A stretch of 64,000 bases of DNA from an uncultured Haloferula sp. (GTDB taxonomy: Bacteria; Verrucomicrobiota; Verrucomicrobiia; Verrucomicrobiales; Akkermansiaceae): positions 160,001 through 224,000 of the forward strand of contig CBFGTS010000004.1 in NCBI GenBank assembly GCA_965652295.1, given 5' to 3'. Positions 58,889 to 64,000 of the stretch are shown here, in pieces (position 1 is the stretch's first letter; each line of letters opens with the position of its first letter). Both the position numbers and the translations under genes were made by a program. A model generated the notes under the pieces. It was given only the letters and a program-made list of their open reading frames with translations. It was not told the origin of the DNA and did not search any database.

Positions 58889-59433
58889 TTTGGCCGGACA
58901 GTTTTATTAGTAGGGTCAAGCATGCTTATATCCAGCGATCCTTTTCGGGGAGGGTGGCTGGGAACTCTCGATTTCACAAGGATTTTTCCGGCTTGGATGC
59001 GTATATCGGCTGACGTGGGGATGTGTTTCGGGGGGCGGAAGCTGGGGGCGATATAGGGATCTTCCGCCGGTGGTGGGTCGTGGGTGCCGCGGAGTCGGGC
59101 ACTGACTATCGTCGCAGGGGATCAAGTCGGGGAGCGAGCGTGCCGGAATGCGAATGAGGTGAAGCCACGGATAGAGGGGTTCACGCAGAATCTTTGAGGG
59201 CCGAGGCCCCATGCAGGCTCCCGAGTCCAAAGTTGCCTTTTCTATCACCGAGAAACGGAGATCTACGGAGATAACGGAGATAACGGAGAAGGCAGGATGA
59301 GAGGTTTCCGGGCCCGGTGGCTTCTGTCATTTTCAGCGCCTCGATCTCCGGAAGGATGCCTCTGCAACCGCGAGCGACCTCGAAGCCTTCTGACGAAAAC
59401 GGGGGGGCGATCCTTGGTGGGGTGGAGAGGTGA

Positions 59434-59977
59434 GGGGCTGTTTATCCTTGAGGAAGAAATCCCGTGGGGTGAGGCGGTGCCGATTTCATAATCGGCGCTC
59501 CGTGGCTCCGTTAGCCTTTGGTCCGCGATCCATGATCTATCATCTGCGATCGATCATCCACGAGAATGAGGAGCGGCAGAACGTGTCCGCAGGAATGGTC
59601 CCTGTCGGCGGTCTTTTCCGGTGACTTCCGGCGAACGCGTTTCGCCGCTCCGTTCCAGTGGCCGAGCGCGCCCGTTATTCGTGCGCGATAGTCTCACGCG
59701 GTCTCGACTCTTCCACGATCTCGTCACCGCCGAGAGGTGGGAAAGAGGAGCGGCGGAACGTGTCCGCCGGGAGTGGTTCCTGTCGGCGGTCTTTTCCGGT
59801 GACTCCTGGCGAACGCGTTTCGCCGCTCCGTTTGTCGATTCCCGGCCTGCGGGGGAAGGCGGTGCCGGTTTGAAAACCGGCGCTCCATTTTGCAGACGCG
59901 GCGGGGTGCGGGGCTGTTTATCCAAGGGGGAAGGTGTCGCGGGGTTGGGGCGATGCCGAATTCATATTCGGCGCTCC
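59434..59977. repeat. Cluster of REP-like repeats
   Basis: Direct repeats of about 82 bp at 59570-59651 and 59747-59829 (partial copy 56374-56408); palindromes at 59464-59501, 59858-59886 and 59950-59977. Confidence 0.8.
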
Positions 59978-60015
59978 CTTGGCCCTCGGCCCACCATCCA
60001 CCATCTACCATCTCG

Positions 60016-61080
60016 TCAGTAGGTCGTGACCGGGGAATCGCCGGTTTCGGTGGTGAGGGCGGGGACCTGGTCGCGGAGCTTGGAGAGTCCGGCGCAGGTT
60101 TTTTGCCAGGCGTCGTCGCTCCAGGTGAGGGGGGCGGCGAGCTTTTTGCGGAAGCGTTTGAGGCGCTTCTCGGTCTCGACCAAGGCGTAGGGGTTCAGCT
60201 TGGCCACGCGGCCGGCGGCGTCGCGGGCGCGGGCGGTGGCGGTGTGGCAGATGAGGGCGAGATCGTTGCCGGCTTCGAGGGCGGCGGTGACGTCGGTGTT
60301 GTCGGGGAATCGATCGGCGATGGCTCCCATGTCGAGGTCGTCGGTGAGGACGAGGTGGCGATCGAAGCCGAGCTGGCCGCGGAGGAAATCGCGGACGATG
60401 CGCGGGGAGAGCGAGGCGGGGAGGTCGGGATCGATGGTCTTGAAGAGGACGTGGGCGAGCATGACGGCGTCGAGCTCCGGCATGAGGGCGGTGTAGGGGA
60501 TGACGTCTTCCTTGAGCAGCTCGGAGAGGGTGGCCTTGGAGACGGGGAGGTCGTGGTGGGGATCGCTGGTGGCGCGGCCGCAGGCGGGGAAGTGTTTGGC
60601 GCAGGATTTGAGGCCGCGTTTGCGCATCCAGCGGTTCCACATGCCGGCGCGGTCGATGACGCGCTGGGGATCGCGGCCCCAAGTACGGGTGCGGAGGGAG
60701 TTGGCGAGACCGGGGTGGTGGTCGAGATCGAGAACGGGGGCGAAGTTCCAGTTCACGCCGAGGAGGCGCAGCAGATCGGCGGTGAGGGCGCCGGCTTCGG
60801 CGATCAGGGAAGGCTGGTTGTGGGCGGCGAACTCGGCGGCGGAGGGGGCCGCGGGGGCGATGGCAGAGGTGCGGGTGACCCGCCCGCCTTCCTGATCGAT
60901 GGCGATGAGCGGCTCGTCGTCACTGAGCGTGCGCAGGTGATCGGTGAGGGCGCGGGTTTGCTCGGGGCTCTCGATATTCCGGGTGAAAAGGATGTAGCCG
61001 ACGGGCTGGAGGTTGGAGAAGAGCCGGGTTTCTTCGTCCGTGAGCGTGGTCCCGGCGATGCCGAGGATGAAGGGCGTCAT
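60016..61080 (-). CDS. nagZ: GH3 beta-N-acetylhexosaminidase
   Basis: ILFTRN, IDQEGGRV, APVLD, KHFP..DPH and TDDLDMGA motifs. Confidence 0.88.
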   Translation of the reverse strand: MTPFILGIAGTTLTDEETRLFSNLQPVGYILFTRNIESPEQTRALTDHLRTLSDDEPLIAIDQEGGRVTRTSAIAPAAPSAAEFAAHNQPSLIAEAGALTADLLRLLGVNWNFAPVLDLDHHPGLANSLRTRTWGRDPQRVIDRAGMWNRWMRKRGLKSCAKHFPACGRATSDPHHDLPVSKATLSELLKEDVIPYTALMPELDAVMLAHVLFKTIDPDLPASLSPRIVRDFLRGQLGFDRHLVLTDDLDMGAIADRFPDNTDVTAALEAGNDLALICHTATARARDAAGRVAKLNPYALVETEKRLKRFRKKLAAPLTWSDDAWQKTCAGLSKLRDQVPALTTETGDSPVTTY

Positions 61081-61092
61081 GGGCCGGTGGGG

Positions 61093-61389
61093 TCAGGTGC
61101 CTTGTTCCCGGGCGAGCATCTCCTCCTCTTCCTCATGGGAGTGGATCTGCAAGGTCGCCTGGACGCTGGCGCGCTCGGCGGCGGCTTTCATTACGGCCCG
61201 GATGGCCGAGGCGCTGAAGCCGTTCCGGCCGATCAGCAGGGCCACGTCGGAGCGTTCGAGAACGAGTTTGAAACGCAGCTTCTGCGGGCCGAGTTCGGCC
61301 ACCTTGAGCTGGGCGCGCTCGGGGTGCTGGATGAACTGGACCGCGATGTACTGGATGAAGTTGCGGATCTGATCGGTGACGACCTGCAT
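61093..61389 (-). CDS. KH domain protein (KhpA-like)
   Basis: DVALLIGRNG GxxG motif; start set at MQVVTDQ. Confidence 0.8.
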   Translation of the reverse strand: MQVVTDQIRNFIQYIAVQFIQHPERAQLKVAELGPQKLRFKLVLERSDVALLIGRNGFSASAIRAVMKAAAERASVQATLQIHSHEEEEEMLAREQGT

Positions 61390-61695
61390 GTCGCGACTGT
61401 GGTCGAAGCCGCCCATGGCAGCAACCTCCGAAGTGGCGGGAGTGCGGGAGGGTGGATCAAGCTCGGGAGGAAAATGGACCAGGATGGATGGGATTTTGGG
61501 GATGGATAGGATGCCGATCCGGCCAGGGCTACTGGGTCCTGACTGTTCGCAGCTCAAATCAGCGAACCTTTTAAGCCTCCTCCCTCGCTACTTTTCCCTT
61601 TTTCCTCGTCACTCGCCATCCTTCCGGGCGCCCGCCCACCCCTTTCCCGGGCTTGATCGCCCTGGGGAGTAAGAGAAGTTCGCAGCGGAAGGCGG

Positions 61696-62700
61696 TCACC
61701 GCCGGCACTTCTCCAGCAGGGACCCGAGGAAACGGGTGATCTGGTGGAGGGCGACGGTGTAGTCGTTTTCCGGCAAGCCGGCGAGGTCGGCGCGGCAGGC
61801 GTCGAGCATGCCGCAGGCGGTATCAACGGCGGACTCGATGGCTCCTTCGTATTCGGCGATGCCGACGAGCACGGAAAGATCGAGCGGCTGCTGCTCGATG
61901 ATCCGCTTGTTGAGCTTGGTGCGCTGGGACTCGGAGGCGGATTCGAGGAGGTTGAGGATCGGCAGGGTGAGCTTGCCCTTTTCGAGGTCGGTGCGGAGGG
62001 TCTTGCCGACCTGCTCCTCGCTGCCGACGAGGTCGAGGCAGTCGTCGTAGATCTGGTAGACGGTGCCGAGGCGCAGGCCGTAGTTGAAGAGCCGCTGCTC
62101 GGTGGCTTCGTCCGCCTCGGAAAGCGCGGCGGCGATGCCGGTGGCGGCGGCGAACAGGGCTCCGGTCTTCATTTCGATGATCCGGAAGTAGTCGGCCTTG
62201 GTCAGCGACAGGTCGAAGCGGCGCTGGGTCTGGACGATCTCGCCCTCACAGACCTCGCGCGAGGCCTTGCCGACCTTGCGGCAGATGGTGATGTCGTCGA
62301 ACTCGGTGGCCAGCGCCAAGGCGTGGGAAAAGAGGGCGTCGCCGAGGAGGACGGAGAGGCCGTTGCCCCATTTGGCGTTCGCGGTGGGGACCATGCGGCG
62401 GGTCACGGCACCGTCGATGATGTCGTCGTGGACCAGCGTGGCCATGTGGATGAGCTCAAGGATGACCCCGAGTTTCCGCTGGTTTTCACCCAGCATGCCG
62501 AATGCGCCGCCGACGAGGATGGAGAGGGCGGGGCGGATGCGTTTCCCGGATGTATTGCAAACGTAGGAGACGTAAGGTTCGACGGCCGGATCGAAGGCGC
62601 GGATCTGGTCCCGGATCGAGGATTCCACCTGGTCGAGGTGGGGACGGACGAGATCGAACGGGAAGCGGTCGCTGGTGGTAAGGGTGGTCGGCATGCCCAT
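61696..62700 (-). CDS. Polyprenyl diphosphate synthase
   Basis: GKRIRP, LVHDDIID, KTGALF and QIYDDCLD motifs. Confidence 0.92.
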   Translation of the reverse strand: MGMPTTLTTSDRFPFDLVRPHLDQVESSIRDQIRAFDPAVEPYVSYVCNTSGKRIRPALSILVGGAFGMLGENQRKLGVILELIHMATLVHDDIIDGAVTRRMVPTANAKWGNGLSVLLGDALFSHALALATEFDDITICRKVGKASREVCEGEIVQTQRRFDLSLTKADYFRIIEMKTGALFAAATGIAAALSEADEATEQRLFNYGLRLGTVYQIYDDCLDLVGSEEQVGKTLRTDLEKGKLTLPILNLLESASESQRTKLNKRIIEQQPLDLSVLVGIAEYEGAIESAVDTACGMLDACRADLAGLPENDYTVALHQITRFLGSLLEKCRR

Positions 62701-62815
62701 GAAAGAGAGGCGTGCGAGACGCTTCCACAAAGGCCGGAAGGCCGCAACCCCGATGTCAAATCGGCTTGAAAGAGCGATCGATTTCCGCGGGTATCGCCGC
62801 TACTATTCAGCCAAT

Positions 62816-63601
62816 ATGAAGCTCAGCACTCTGAAAGTCCTCTGGATCCTCCCCGTCGTGGTCTCAGCCCAGGAGGTGATTCCGCACTTTGGCGTCGGTG
62901 ACAAGCCGGACCATCCCCAGCTTCCCGGGGTGCCGTGGGTGGTGCACGACGGCACCCGTCCGCAGCCACGGGTGGTGGAAAATGCCGGGGCGGTGACGGT
63001 CGCCCCGCCGGCTGATGCGAAGGTGCTTTTCAACGGGAAATCGCTGGATGCCTTCCGCGATCCGAAGTGGCGGGTGCAGCGCGGGGTGATGATCGCGGAC
63101 CGGGAAGACCTCGTCACCAAGGAGGAGTTCGGCGCGTTGCAGTTGCACTTCGAGTGGCGCGTGCCAGCCGGCCGCCCGGTCAAGGAGCAGGGTGGCGGCA
63201 ACAGCGGGGTGTTCCTGATGGGGTTGTATGAGGTGCAGGTTTTGCAGAGTCATGACAACCCGACCTATCCGGATGGTACCGCCGGTTCGCTCTACGGCCA
63301 GCTGCCGCCGCTGGTGAACGCGACCACGGAGCAAGGGGATTGGCAAAGCTACGACATCGTTTTCACGCCTCCGGTCTATGGCGCTTCGGGGGTGGAAACG
63401 CCGGCCCGGGTCACGGTGATCCACAACGGCGTGGTGGTGCAGAACGCGGAGTCCTACCTCGGGCCGACGGTGTGGCGTCAGCTTGCGAGCTACCCGCAGA
63501 GTCATCCGGAAAAGGGTCCGCTGCGGTTCCAGTTCCACGGCGACCCGATCGAGTACCGCAATGTCTGGGTGCGCGATCTGGGCAAGCGGGACGCGGAATG
63601 A
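62816..63601 (+). CDS. DUF1080 (3-keto-disaccharide hydrolase-like) protein
   Basis: LFNGKSL, LHFEW, GNSGVF, YEVQV, WQSYDI, HNGV and YRNVW motifs. Confidence 0.9.
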   Translation: MKLSTLKVLWILPVVVSAQEVIPHFGVGDKPDHPQLPGVPWVVHDGTRPQPRVVENAGAVTVAPPADAKVLFNGKSLDAFRDPKWRVQRGVMIADREDLVTKEEFGALQLHFEWRVPAGRPVKEQGGGNSGVFLMGLYEVQVLQSHDNPTYPDGTAGSLYGQLPPLVNATTEQGDWQSYDIVFTPPVYGASGVETPARVTVIHNGVVVQNAESYLGPTVWRQLASYPQSHPEKGPLRFQFHGDPIEYRNVWVRDLGKRDAE

Positions 63602-63754
63602 GGCGGGGCCGTGTCGGGCGATCCGCGCCCATTCTCAGGGGCGGGTTGGCGGAGGAATGGGTGCGGGAGAATGGAAGCGGCTTGGGAAAGCCGCTCTCCG
63701 GATGCGGATGAGACCGCTTGCACGGCGGGGAAGGGGGTGGCTTAATCGGCGGCG

Positions 63755-64000
63755 ATGAAGACCTCATGCTTCCCATGGACCTATGTGCTCCCCGCCGCGG
63801 CGCTCGCGTTGACCCAATGTCAGGACAAGCAGGAGGCAGAGGGGGGCAAGGACCCTGAATCCACGGCGCTCGTCGAAGAGGTCGCCCAGGGGTTGGGGGA
63901 AATCATCGAGTCGCAGTCGTCGCTTTCAGCCGAGGAGCGAGCGAAGATCGTGCCCATCACGGCACTGGCAAAGGGCGATGTCGATGGGGTGGCGTCCCTG
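63755..64000 (+). CDS. Putative lipoprotein, 5' part only (runs off the window end)
   Basis: MKTSCFPWTYVLPAAALALTQC.., open to the end of the window. Confidence 0.55.
   Translation, partial: MKTSCFPWTYVLPAAALALTQCQDKQEAEGGKDPESTALVEEVAQGLGEIIESQSSLSAEERAKIVPITALAKGDVDGVASL

Noticed and set aside
58916..59248. 110-aa ORF upstream of the PEP-CTERM gene
   Set aside because: Low-complexity Pro/Arg-rich translation with no motif; unsupported.
59250..59980. Possible CRISPR array or ORFs in the repeat cluster
   Set aside because: Repeats differ in family and spacing, there are no regular unique spacers or cas genes, and the ORFs are repeat translations.

Overview
GC-rich bacterial chromosomal window, most likely Verrucomicrobiota (Haloferula/Luteolibacter-like). 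This assignment is inferred from the PVC-type heme-binding protein, DUF1080, PEP-CTERM and repeat style. Most of it is housekeeping: copA/MerR, rsmD, waaA, sucAB, argS, speA plus the carboxyspermidine pathway, a type II secretion system split into two loci, a CP-ATP-grasp/alpha-E/transglutaminase operon, two Hsp20 genes and nagZ. The most unusual feature is a pair of convergent, heavily base-paired intergenic segments (about 11020-11571 on +, about 12608-12780 on -) flanking msrB and a MazG-like gene. They share repeated GGGG tetraloops, a CACA-loop hairpin and a similar terminal hairpin, and look like two members of one structured ncRNA family. A lower-GC island (about 55.6-59.5 kb) is bracketed by 38-bp inverted REP-like repeats and carries a DUF262+HEPN putative anti-phage pair, a PEP-CTERM gene and degenerate attC-like sites. 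Other oddities are an in-frame TGA splitting an MscS-cNMP gene, heptamer repeats inside nspC, a tandem duplication in the T2SS operon and several REP/MITE families. No tRNA, rRNA or CRISPR array was seen. All calls come from reading motifs by eye; no searches were run.
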